Shown piece after piece: positions 32,813-41,619 of a DNA stretch of 64,000 nt. Position 1 is the first letter of the stretch, and each line of letters begins with the position of its first letter. This stretch comes from Patescibacteria group bacterium (GTDB taxonomy: Bacteria; Patescibacteriota; Patescibacteriia; 2-12-FULL-57-11). A program made the translations under genes and the position numbers. Location of the stretch: contig SCUL01000002.1 in assembly GCA_004297205.1 (NCBI GenBank), positions 462,647 to 526,646 of the forward strand. Direction: 5' to 3'. The notes under the pieces are model-generated. The model did no database searches and was not told the DNA's origin. It saw nothing but the letters and a program-made list of their open reading frames with translations.

Positions 32813-34768
32813 ATGACTCATCGCGAGCCCACGCCCGACGAACTCCTCTCGGCACTCGAGGGGAAGGCCCTGCCCGGGGACGCGCATGACGCGTACCTCC
32901 GGCTTGGCCGTGCCCTCGAGCGCGCCGCGCCGCCGGTCGAAGAACCGGACGTGTTCTTCGCCGGCCGGCTGAAGGCCAGGCTCGCCACTCCTATGCCGCA
33001 ACCCCGAGTCCCCATTGCCGCGCTCTTGCTGCCACTCGTCGGCGTCATCGCCATCGCGGCCGTTGTCTTCGCCCTGCCACGCCAGAATCCGGCCGCCCCC
33101 GCCGCTGCGCCGGAAAGCGCCACGGCCACGGACGCCTCCTCCAAGATCGCCGGGCTCGGCGGCGAACTGACGCTCGTCGTCGGCGACGTCCGCTGGCGCG
33201 CCACAGCCACCGATGCCTGGCAGGCCGCGAGCGAAGGCGCACAGATCGCGCCGGGCGCCGAACTCGACGTGCCCGGCAACGGCCGCGCCATCGTGACTTT
33301 GGATGACGGCAGCGCCGTGCGCTTGAACGGCAAAACCACGCTCGCCTTTTCCGCCGTCACCCGCGAGGCCGTCGAAATCCGCGAATCCCGCGGCACCGCC
33401 TACTACCGTGTCGTGAAAGACCCGAACCGCACCTTCACGGTCGTCACGGAGGAAGGCACGGTCACCGCGCTCGGCACGGCCTTTGCCGTGGCCCGCGACG
33501 CCGAAAAGAAGACCCTCGACGTCAACTGCATCGAATCCAAAGTGAAGATCGCCCTCGCCAAGGACGGCACCAAGCTCGAGAAGGAACTCGGCCAGGGCAA
33601 GACGCTGTCCTACGACGGCAAAAAATCGCCGGACGCCGGCACCAAGGAGTCGGCCATCGATCCGCAAAAGATCGCGGTCGTCCCCTTCTTCGCCTGGAAC
33701 ATCACGCAGGACGCCAAGGAAGGCGCGCCGCTCGGCATCGCCGCCGAAGTCAAAGAACTGGCCGAAGCCGCAGACAACGGCGATACGGAGAAGGTCGCGT
33801 TGCTGACGGAGGAGGAACAAGCGCTCGCCGCCGTGGCTCCGGAACCGAAGCCGGCGCCCGCTCCGGTGACCGGCATCACGCTCTCGGGCACGCTGTCCGG
33901 CACCACCGCCAAACTGAGCTGGAAGGTGAACGGCGTGGACGTTTCCGAAGGCTTCAAGGTGGTCTACGCCAAACAGAGCGGCCCGACCTATCCCGGCAGC
34001 TCGGCGAGCTTCCAGGGCAGCGAGGTACGCTCGGCCGCGATCGGCAATCTTCCGGCCGGCAACACCGTCTACTTCCGGGTCTGCGCCTATCACGGCGGCG
34101 GCTGCTCCACCTATTCCAATGAAGTGAAACTGGTCGTACCCGCCGCCGAACCCAAGCCGGTTTCGGGCGACGTGCCCCTCTCGCTCTCGGGCATCGTCAG
34201 CGGCACGACGGCCTCCGTGAAGTGGACCGCGACGGGCGACGTCTCGGGCGGCTTCAAACTCGTCTGGAACAAGACCGGTTCCCCGGTCTATCCCGGCGAC
34301 AACGCCACCTACATCGACGGCGGCACGCGCGCCTCCTCCATCAAAGGACTGCCGGAGAACACGGCCGTCTTCATCCGGATCTGCCGCTACACCGGCAGCG
34401 GTTGCGACGTATACTCCAACCAAGTAACGCTCCAGACCGGCACGGCCCCGGTCAAAGCCACGGGCGGATACAGCCCGATCAGCGGCCAGCAGCAGCTCTC
34501 CGTCCAGCAGGCGCCGAACGGCATGCAGCTCAACTGGACGCCGAGCACCATCCCGAACTTCATCTACTATAAGGTGGTGCGCTCGGAGACGAATGGCGAC
34601 CCGTACTACCCGAACGACGGGTACGTCACGGCCATCTCCAATCAGAGCACGACCGGCTATACCGACACCTCGGCCATCTCCGGTACCACCTACTATTACC
34701 GGATCTGCGCGAAGGATGGCGACGGCATCGTCTGGTGCGGCAACGTCGTCACCATCACCGCTGAATGA
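32813..34768 (+). CDS. Membrane anti-sigma factor: cytoplasmic N-domain, one TM, FecR-like domain, three Cys-containing FN3-like repeats.
   Basis: Starts 8 nt after the sigma gene. TM segment IAALLLPLVGVIAIAAVVFAL. FecR-like region LTLVVGDVRWR...TALGTAFAV. Three ~100-aa repeats of the form SG..SGTTA.L.W...G.VS.GFK.V....G.P.YPG......G....S.I..LP...TV.FR.C.Y.G.GC..YSN.V.L. Confidence 0.7.
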   Translation: MTHREPTPDELLSALEGKALPGDAHDAYLRLGRALERAAPPVEEPDVFFAGRLKARLATPMPQPRVPIAALLLPLVGVIAIAAVVFALPRQNPAAPAAAPESATATDASSKIAGLGGELTLVVGDVRWRATATDAWQAASEGAQIAPGAELDVPGNGRAIVTLDDGSAVRLNGKTTLAFSAVTREAVEIRESRGTAYYRVVKDPNRTFTVVTEEGTVTALGTAFAVARDAEKKTLDVNCIESKVKIALAKDGTKLEKELGQGKTLSYDGKKSPDAGTKESAIDPQKIAVVPFFAWNITQDAKEGAPLGIAAEVKELAEAADNGDTEKVALLTEEEQALAAVAPEPKPAPAPVTGITLSGTLSGTTAKLSWKVNGVDVSEGFKVVYAKQSGPTYPGSSASFQGSEVRSAAIGNLPAGNTVYFRVCAYHGGGCSTYSNEVKLVVPAAEPKPVSGDVPLSLSGIVSGTTASVKWTATGDVSGGFKLVWNKTGSPVYPGDNATYIDGGTRASSIKGLPENTAVFIRICRYTGSGCDVYSNQVTLQTGTAPVKATGGYSPISGQQQLSVQQAPNGMQLNWTPSTIPNFIYYKVVRSETNGDPYYPNDGYVTAISNQSTTGYTDTSAISGTTYYYRICAKDGDGIVWCGNVVTITAE

Positions 34769-34810
34769 CAGGCAGCGCTGCGAAACCCCCGCTCCGGCGC
34801 GGGTTTCGTG

Positions 34811-34839
34811 CTTGACAGGCCGGCGCGCATCGCGTATCT
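34811..34839 (+). promoter_or_regulatory. Sigma70-like promoter upstream of a small membrane protein gene.
   Basis: TTGACA-17nt-TATCTT, about 15 nt before ATG 34855 (near-leaderless). Preceded by the hairpin cccgc-tccggc-gcggg. Confidence 0.45.
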
Positions 34840-34854
34840 TCGCGCCGACAACCT

Positions 34855-35187
34855 ATGGACCCCGAATTCTTATTCCTGGTCGGTGGAACGCTGGTGAGCA
34901 TCTTCCTGCACCTGTTCACGCTCAACTTCGTCTTCACCATGGTCTGGGATCTCGACGGCGTCTTCCTAGTGGGCCTTTTCTGCGCCATCTTCCTTGGCGC
35001 GGTCACCGGCATCTTCGTCGCCGCGGCCTTTCCCCCGGCCCAGCCGGTGGCCTCGGCGGCGATCGCCTCGCTGCTCATGCTGGCCACCTTCAAAAATCTG
35101 CCCGGTTACCGCCGGCTGACGCTCGTCCTGATCAACATCGTCTTCGCCTTCGGCCCGCCGGTCATCCGCGCCGCCTCCGGCCTCTGA
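34855..35187 (+). CDS. Small integral membrane protein, hypothetical.
   Basis: 110 aa with three hydrophobic helices. Confidence 0.5.
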   Translation: MDPEFLFLVGGTLVSIFLHLFTLNFVFTMVWDLDGVFLVGLFCAIFLGAVTGIFVAAAFPPAQPVASAAIASLLMLATFKNLPGYRRLTLVLINIVFAFGPPVIRAASGL

Positions 35188-35188
35188 G

Positions 35189-35215
35189 AACCGCCCGCCC
35201 GGGCGGTTTTCTTGT
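35189..35215 (+). terminator. Intrinsic terminator.
   Basis: ccgcccg-cccgggcgg followed by TTTTCTT. Confidence 0.5.
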
Positions 35216-35285
35216 CGCGCGTTTCGCTCTATACTTCTCCCGTATGACGAACGCCCCTTGGCTGACGCCCCACGAGGAGAACTAC

Positions 35286-35696
35286 ATGAAGGCCTTCACC
35301 GCGGCCAAGGCCCACCGCGACGAAACGCCCGTTCCGACCGCGGAGGACGAGGCCAAACTCGCCCTCGACGTCTTTGAGACGCCGAACGAAATCGTGGTGC
35401 AGGCGCCGATCGCCGGAGTCAGACCGGAGCATCTTGACATCTCGCTTTCGCATGATATGCTCACGATCCGCGGAAAACGGATGGAGGCCTCCGAAGCCGG
35501 ACGCGCGTACCTCTGCCGGGAGTGCCACTGGGGATCGTTCTCGCGCTCGGTGATCCTTCCGGTGTCCGTCAGCTTTGAACGCAGCCGCGCCACCTTCGAA
35601 CAGGGCGTGCTCACCGTGCGCATGCCCAAGCTCGGCCGTGGCCCTTCCATTCCGATCGACGTGTCCCCGACTCATGACTCCGCAGACCCCTCTTGA
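35286..35696 (+). CDS. Small heat shock protein (Hsp20/alpha-crystallin family).
   Basis: SD GAGGAGAA before ATG 35286 (the upstream ATG at 35244 is also possible). ACD motifs LALDVFETPNEIVVQAPIAGV and GVLTVRMPK. Confidence 0.75.
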   Translation: MKAFTAAKAHRDETPVPTAEDEAKLALDVFETPNEIVVQAPIAGVRPEHLDISLSHDMLTIRGKRMEASEAGRAYLCRECHWGSFSRSVILPVSVSFERSRATFEQGVLTVRMPKLGRGPSIPIDVSPTHDSADPS

Positions 35697-35835
35697 AGCG
35701 ACGCTCCTCCGATTTGACGGCACCGCCGCGGTGTTGCGCTTTGCAGACGGCCGGGAGGTCCGCGTGACCGTGGACGCGGCCGCCCGTGAAGCACTGGCCC
35801 GCGAGATCCTGAACCAACTGCTCTCCGAACGCTAA
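35674..35835 (+). CDS. Small protein, DUF3006-like (53 aa); overlaps the Hsp20 3' end.
   Basis: MTPQTPLEATLLRFDGTAAVLRFADGREVRV fits the DUF3006 pattern (RFEG..AVL...DG). Real part of track ORF 35575..35835. Confidence 0.35.
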   Translation: MTPQTPLEATLLRFDGTAAVLRFADGREVRVTVDAAAREALAREILNQLLSER

Positions 35836-35840
35836 GCCGC

Positions 35841-37736
35841 ATGCTCCGGCCGATCCGCATCAAACTCACGCATCCGTACGCCGTCGCGACTCTTGTTTGC
35901 GTGACGGTCGTTTTATTGATCGGGACCGCCGCGCTCGGCGCGCGCGCCCTCGAACGCCGTTGGAAAAACCTGATCCTGCCCGGCATCACCGCGGGAGGCA
36001 TCCCGCTCGGTGAAAAGACCTTGGAGACCGGCGCCATCGCGCTGGCCGAAACCTTTGATGCCAACGTCGGCGCGGGCTTCCGCTTCACGTCGCCGACATC
36101 GGAAACGATTGTGCCGGCGGAGCTTGTGGGCATCGACACGCCGGACCAGACGCGGACCCTCGTTCAACTGGATGCTGACGCCACGGCCCGCGCCGCCATG
36201 GCCGTCGGGCATGGGGGCAACATCCTCCAGCGGGCGGCGGACGCGGTGCGCGTCGCCATCGATGGGCATGAGATCCCGCTCATCGTGCGCGTCTCGCGCC
36301 AGGACCTGATCAGCGCGCTCGCCGAGAAATTCCAGACCGAAGAAACGCCGGTCGTCGACGCCGGCCTGCGCTTCGAAAAACGCGACGGACGCTCGGCGTT
36401 CGCCGTGGTCACCGCACGTCCCGGCAAGATCTACGACTACAACGCCGCGGTGAACACGCTCGAAGCGCAACTCGCCGAGGGCGACCTCACGGCGATCCCG
36501 CTGACCTTGCGCGAGGCCGCGCCCGCCGTGGGCGATGCGGCGGTCGCCGCGCTCATTCCCGAGGCCGAACGCCTGCTCGGCCGCGGCTCGATCACCCTGA
36601 AAGATCCGGAAGGAGAAACCTGGGAGATCACCCCGGACACCTTCGCCGGCTGGATCGCGGTCGAAGCGGACGCGGGCGCCCCGCACCTCGGTTTTTCCAC
36701 GGAGGCCATGGCGCCCTTCTTCGACGGCATCGCCGCGGAGGTCGGCGTCGAAGCGGTGGACGCCCGATTCCGCATCGAGAACGGCCGCGTCGTCGAGTTC
36801 GCCCCGTCGCGCGACGGCATCACCGTGGACCATGACGCCACCGCCGCCAATCTTTGGCAGGCGCTCCAAAAAGGCGAGACGGAGGCGGCGCTGGTGCGCA
36901 CCGTCGAAAAACCGCGCATCGCCACCGGCGAAGCCAACGGGCTCGGCATCACGGACAAACTGGGGACCGGCGTCTCCCGCTACGCCGGTTCGCCGCGCAA
37001 CCGCATCAGGAACATCAACAACGCCATCCGAAAACTGAACGGCATCCTGATCCAGCCGGGTGAAACCTTTTCGCTGATTGCGGCGCTCCAACCGTTCACC
37101 CTTGAGGGCGGCTGGCTGCCGGAGCTCGTCATCAAGGGCGATAAGATCGTTCCCGAAATTGGCGGTGGCGCCTGTCAGATCGGCACCACCACCTTCCGCA
37201 TGGCCATGAATTCGGGGATGCCCATCGTGGAGCGGCAGAACCATTCGCTCGTCGTGAGCTATTACAACGACCTTGCAAACGGCAATCCGGGCACGGACGC
37301 CACCATTTACGAACCTTCGCCGGACTTCAAATTCCTGAACGACAGCGGCAACATCATGCTGTTCGAAGCCGTCAACGACAGCGAGAAACAGATGCTGTAC
37401 TTCACCCTCTGGGGCACCGCCGACGGCCGCAAAGGCAGCTACACCCCGCCGGTCGTCCACAACTGGATCGGCGCGGGTCCGGAAAAGATCGTCGAGACGA
37501 CCGACCTCGCCCCCGGCGAGCGCAACTGCCAGGCCGGCCACACCGGCGCGGTCACGAGCTTCACCTATGAAGTGACGCTCCCGGACGGCTCCAAGAAGGA
37601 GCAGGTCTTCACCAGCCGCTACCGCGCGCTGCCCCGCATCTGTCTGGTCGGCGTGGCCGCGGCGGCCCCGCCGCCGGAGGAACCGGCGCTCGGCAGTTAC
37701 GGACCCGGCCAGGAACCATCCGCTCCCACCCCGTAA
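35841..37736 (+). CDS. VanW-family protein (N-terminal TM plus VanW domain).
   Basis: VanW core SRYAGSPRNRIRNINNAIRKLNGILIQPGETFS...GGGACQIGTTTFRMAMNSGMPIVERQNHS. Confidence 0.8.
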   Translation: MLRPIRIKLTHPYAVATLVCVTVVLLIGTAALGARALERRWKNLILPGITAGGIPLGEKTLETGAIALAETFDANVGAGFRFTSPTSETIVPAELVGIDTPDQTRTLVQLDADATARAAMAVGHGGNILQRAADAVRVAIDGHEIPLIVRVSRQDLISALAEKFQTEETPVVDAGLRFEKRDGRSAFAVVTARPGKIYDYNAAVNTLEAQLAEGDLTAIPLTLREAAPAVGDAAVAALIPEAERLLGRGSITLKDPEGETWEITPDTFAGWIAVEADAGAPHLGFSTEAMAPFFDGIAAEVGVEAVDARFRIENGRVVEFAPSRDGITVDHDATAANLWQALQKGETEAALVRTVEKPRIATGEANGLGITDKLGTGVSRYAGSPRNRIRNINNAIRKLNGILIQPGETFSLIAALQPFTLEGGWLPELVIKGDKIVPEIGGGACQIGTTTFRMAMNSGMPIVERQNHSLVVSYYNDLANGNPGTDATIYEPSPDFKFLNDSGNIMLFEAVNDSEKQMLYFTLWGTADGRKGSYTPPVVHNWIGAGPEKIVETTDLAPGERNCQAGHTGAVTSFTYEVTLPDGSKKEQVFTSRYRALPRICLVGVAAAAPPPEEPALGSYGPGQEPSAPTP

Positions 37737-37742
37737 GCAACC

Positions 37743-37775
37743 AAAAACGTCCCGCCAAGGCGGGACGTTTTGTTG
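37743..37775 (+). terminator. Intrinsic terminator after vanW-like.
   Basis: acgtcccgcc-aagg-cgggacgt followed by TTTGTT; near-identical to the hairpin at 4828. Confidence 0.55.
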
Positions 37776-37972
37776 GGCAGAAGCTCCTTCATGTGGAACA
37801 GCGCACAAGAAGATACATTGTAGAAAGCGTCGAGCCCGGAGGCCAGAGACCCCTACGATCCATCTCCATGCTTGTCGTGTGCGCTGGTCGCCACGAAGGA
37901 GCGAGGCGTGAATCTACCACACCCCGGTGAAAGTGTCAAGGGGGTTCAAACAACCTCCGTTTCGGTCCGTTT

Positions 37973-38590
37973 TCAGCCGATAATTTTGTCGGCCAGCCCG
38001 TACTTCACGGCCTCGGTGGGATCCATGAAGAAATCGCGGTCGGCGTCCTTTTCGACTTTGGCTTTGGTCTGTCCGGTGTGCTTGGCCAAAATCTCGTTCA
38101 GCCGGTCTTTCATCTTCAGGATGCGCTCCGCCCGGATTTTGACGTCCGTGGCCTGCCCTTCGGCCCCGCCCATGACCTGGTGGATCATGACCTCGGAGTT
38201 CGGCAGGACGAACCGCTTCCCTTTCTTGCCGGCGGCCAACAGGATGGCGGCCATCGAGGCGGTTTCGCCGATGCAGATCGTGGACACGTCCGGACCGATG
38301 TACTGCATCGTGTCGTAGATGGCGAGTCCGGCCGTGACCGAGCCGCCCGGCGAGTTGATGTAAAGCTTGATGTCCTTAGTTTTGTCCTGGCTCTCCAGGA
38401 ACAGGAGCTGGGCGATTACGGTATTGGCCACGGCGTCATCGATGGATTCCCCCAGGAAGACGATACGGTCCTTGAGGAGACGGGAGTAAATGTCGTAGGC
38501 CCGCTCGCCATAGGGCGTTTTGTCGATGACCGTCGGCACCAGGTAGGAACCGCGCGGCGCCTGGCTCGTGATGGTATAGGGATGCGGCAT
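37973..38590 (-). CDS. clpP: ATP-dependent Clp protease proteolytic subunit.
   Basis: Catalytic motifs GETASMAA (Ser), MIHQ (His), FFMDPTEA (Asp). Confidence 0.95.
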   Translation of the reverse strand: MPHPYTITSQAPRGSYLVPTVIDKTPYGERAYDIYSRLLKDRIVFLGESIDDAVANTVIAQLLFLESQDKTKDIKLYINSPGGSVTAGLAIYDTMQYIGPDVSTICIGETASMAAILLAAGKKGKRFVLPNSEVMIHQVMGGAEGQATDVKIRAERILKMKDRLNEILAKHTGQTKAKVEKDADRDFFMDPTEAVKYGLADKIIG

Positions 38591-38642
38591 AGGGATGGTT
38601 TCAGTGTATCACCCGGAAACTGGCAGTCAAGGGTGGAGAGTG

Positions 38643-39620
38643 CTAAACGGCGACCACGCGCCAGTGCCCGTCCTGCTCCACGAGCTTCCCGGGGACGGCG
38701 AATCCGGCGGCCTTCTTGTGGCCGCCGCCGCCGAAATGCGCCGCGAGCTTGGCCACGTCGCGCTCGCCGGTGGTGCGCAGCGAGCCGCGGACCGTGCCGT
38801 CCTTGCCTTCTTTGAGGACGAGCACCGTCGGCACGTCGAGCACCGCATTCAGAAAATTGGAGATGCCTTCGGTCGATTCGTCCTCACCGACACCGGCCTC
38901 GGCGTAGTCGGCCCTGGTCAGCGCGGTCGTGGCGATCCCCCAGGTGCGGTTCACGGTCAGCCGCGACAGGGCGACGCCCCACAGCTTCAGCACGGCCACG
39001 GACTTGTTGTGGAAGATGTGCGTCATGACGTCGCCGAGCTTGGCACCGCGGGACAGAAGCGCCGAGCCGACGTGAAGCGCCTGCGCCGTCGTGGCCGGAT
39101 TCGAAAAGTGCGACGTGTCGGTGCAGAGCCCCGTCAGCAAGCAGGTCGCGGTGGCACGGTCGACCGACTCCCCGACCGCCTCGTGGAAACGATGGACGAC
39201 TTCGGCCGTGGAGCTCGCGTCGGTCACGATCAGGTTGAGATGGCCGAAAGCGGCATTCGTGACATGGTGGTCGACGTTTACGATCTTGGCATCCGGCAGC
39301 GCGGCGAGCAGCTCCTCCACCCCGGTCATCTTCAGGTCCGCCGCGTCGAAAAAAAACACTGCGTCCGGGGCGATTTCTTTAACGCGCTCCTGATCCGCGA
39401 TCACCTGATCGGCGCCTGGCATGAAACGGTAGGCGGCCGGCACGCCGTCCACGCAAAAACGGGTGTGGACCTTGCCCTGGCGCTCCAACCAGCGGCCGAA
39501 GGCGAGCATCGCGCCCAAGGTGTCGCCGTCCGGACGGCGGTGGGCGACCAAAAGCGGGTGGCGTGCCGCCAAGGCGACATCCCGGGTCCGGCGGTAGAGC
39601 TCATCCACGTGGATCGGCAT
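38643..39620 (-). CDS. nrnA: DHH/DHHA1 phosphoesterase (NrnA-like nanoRNase/pAp phosphatase).
   Basis: DHH motifs HRRPDGDTLGA, VDHHVTN, and GGGH in DHHA1. Confidence 0.8.
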   Translation of the reverse strand: MPIHVDELYRRTRDVALAARHPLLVAHRRPDGDTLGAMLAFGRWLERQGKVHTRFCVDGVPAAYRFMPGADQVIADQERVKEIAPDAVFFFDAADLKMTGVEELLAALPDAKIVNVDHHVTNAAFGHLNLIVTDASSTAEVVHRFHEAVGESVDRATATCLLTGLCTDTSHFSNPATTAQALHVGSALLSRGAKLGDVMTHIFHNKSVAVLKLWGVALSRLTVNRTWGIATTALTRADYAEAGVGEDESTEGISNFLNAVLDVPTVLVLKEGKDGTVRGSLRTTGERDVAKLAAHFGGGGHKKAAGFAVPGKLVEQDGHWRVVAV

Positions 39621-39698
39621 AGGAAGGGAGCACTCTACGGGGTATTCGCGGGACGGTCAACGGGGCCAGGATAAAAAAGAGGACACCCCCGGTGGATG

Positions 39699-40508
39699 TC
39701 AGTCCTGGACGTTGAGGGCGGCGAGCTCGGCCTCGATCTGGGCCAGCTCGTCGTTCCTGGCGGTCCGGCTCGAGTCAAGGTCGGCCAGCTGGGCTCGCTT
39801 GCGCTCGGCCTCCTTCTCGAGGGCGATGCGCCGCTCCTCCCGCCTGCACTTCTCCGCGCGGCGATCGAGCTCGTCGTCGACGAGCGTGCAATGCCACTCG
39901 GCCTCGAGCAGCTTGCGCTGCAGTGCGGCGCGATCGGCATCAAGCGCCTCCTTCGCCCGGCGCAGCTCGTCGTCGCTCTCGGCGCCGACCATCTCCAGGA
40001 ACTGGAGACGCTGGTTCTCGAACTCCGCCCCGACATCGACCTCCGGCAGAGCCGTCTCGCCCGTGTCTCCTCCGGGGGATGATGGCCGCTCGCGACGGCG
40101 CTCGACCTGCTCCTTGAGCTGGGCGAGGCGCGCGGCCGGATCCTTCACCGGCGGCGGCGCAACGCCGGCGAGGCAGGCCGCGGCGATCAGCCGCCCGCGG
40201 TCCGCATCGAAGTAGATCTCGCCCTCCTCCCCGTCGACCATCAGAACGCCGTGGTTCTTCAGGAAGTGGTACAGATCGTCTGCGGCACCGCGGGCGATGT
40301 AGTCGCGATGCGTGCTGGCGCAGATGCCGCGCACCTCGTCCGGATGCTTGAAGGTGCCGGCGCGGCGCGCCGTCTTGCCGAGTTGCTTCAGCACGGCCTC
40401 GAGGGCGGGCGGCTGCTTGGACGTCACGCGGTAGCGGGTATGCCGCTCCACGTTCTCGGGACCTGCCGCCGACTGCGCTCCGTTGCTGCCGCTTGCCTGA
40501 GCTGCCAT
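39699..40508 (-). CDS. Hypothetical protein with C-terminal coiled coil.
   Basis: SD GGAGGAGG before ATG 40508 (MAAQASGS...); the longer track start at 40586 is unlikely. Charged heptad-like C-terminus. Confidence 0.5.
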   Translation of the reverse strand: MAAQASGSNGAQSAAGPENVERHTRYRVTSKQPPALEAVLKQLGKTARRAGTFKHPDEVRGICASTHRDYIARGAADDLYHFLKNHGVLMVDGEEGEIYFDADRGRLIAAACLAGVAPPPVKDPAARLAQLKEQVERRRERPSSPGGDTGETALPEVDVGAEFENQRLQFLEMVGAESDDELRRAKEALDADRAALQRKLLEAEWHCTLVDDELDRRAEKCRREERRIALEKEAERKRAQLADLDSSRTARNDELAQIEAELAALNVQD

Positions 40509-40673
40509 TGAGTCCTCCTCCGGTCCGGGTTCTGTCACCGGTACCGACGTCCGAACATACGCCCGGGCCGGATGCCTGTCAAGCATCGCCGAGCGGGATT
40601 GACGTTGAAAAACCTGTCCATAAAAAAGGCCTCCGCACGCATAGCGCGCGGAGGCGTTCGTCCGGTGATCCCG

Positions 40674-41486
40674 CTACCGAACCAAGCCGTTGATCGTAGC
40701 CATGTAGGCCGAGATGGCGTTGCGGCCCGACAGGACCGAGAAACGGCGCTCGGGCGGGTAGCCCGGCAGCGTCACGTAGCCGCGCCGGAAGGCGGCTTCG
40801 AGCTCGGCACGGTTCAAGAACACCGGCCTGCCGATGACCTCCCCGTCCTCGGGCTCCGCCTCGCTCTTGCGGCCGAGATGCACGGCGTAGACCGCGATCG
40901 GCGTGCCGTGGTTGGCCGTGTCGATCGCGAAGTACTCGTCTCCGCCGAGACGCGTCGGCGTGTCGAGCATCTCGTAGCCCGCCTCCTCGAACAACTCGCC
41001 GCGGACCGCGTCGACCTCCGTCTTCGCCTTGACGTCGCCGCCGCCCGGGAACTCGAGCTCCCAGCGGCCGACGACCGGACCGCGCCAGGCCGGCACGAGC
41101 AGTACGCGACCGTCGTCGGTGTACGGGATGATGGCCACGGACTTGCCGACGATGCCGTTCCACCAGTAGATCCCCTTCCACGTTCGCAGCACGCCCCCGG
41201 CGGTCTTGATGGGATGGGCGAGTACGACGCTCACCCGGTCCTCGAAGACGACGCCGACCCGGCCGAAATGCGGATCGAACCCGTCGGCCGCGTGCTGCGC
41301 GATCTGCGCCTCCTCGACCGCCGCCATCTCGTCATCCCCCGTAAGGATGCAGTGGACGCCCTCCGCGGCATTGCCGCGGCTCCCCGGAATCATGGCCAGA
41401 ATCTCGCGGTAGCGGGTGAACCGCTCCGGGCGGGTGGCCCGGGCCTCATTGAGCACCGCCTGCAACAACTGTTCGCTCACCTTCAC
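40674..41486 (-). CDS. NUDIX hydrolase (ADP-ribose pyrophosphatase-like).
   Basis: Nudix box GRWELEFPGGGDVKAKTEVDAVRGELFEEAGYEM. Start proposed at GTG 41486 with SD GGAGGAGG 5 nt upstream; the upstream ATG at 41549 (MERFSCRFKRR...) is less likely. Confidence 0.65.
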   Translation of the reverse strand: MKVSEQLLQAVLNEARATRPERFTRYREILAMIPGSRGNAAEGVHCILTGDDEMAAVEEAQIAQHAADGFDPHFGRVGVVFEDRVSVVLAHPIKTAGGVLRTWKGIYWWNGIVGKSVAIIPYTDDGRVLLVPAWRGPVVGRWELEFPGGGDVKAKTEVDAVRGELFEEAGYEMLDTPTRLGGDEYFAIDTANHGTPIAVYAVHLGRKSEAEPEDGEVIGRPVFLNRAELEAAFRRGYVTLPGYPPERRFSVLSGRNAISAYMATINGLVR

Positions 41487-41619
41487 GATCGCCTCCTCCG
41501 GTCCGGGATTCCCCGACCGACGCTTGAACCTACATGAAAACCGCTCCATCGTCAAGCCGCCGACCCCGCCTCGACGCTGGAATATCCCCTTGTTACACTG
41601 TCCCCGACGCCGCCACCCC

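Noticed and set aside
35913-37808. 631-aa minus ORF.
   Set aside because: Antisense to the VanW-family gene.
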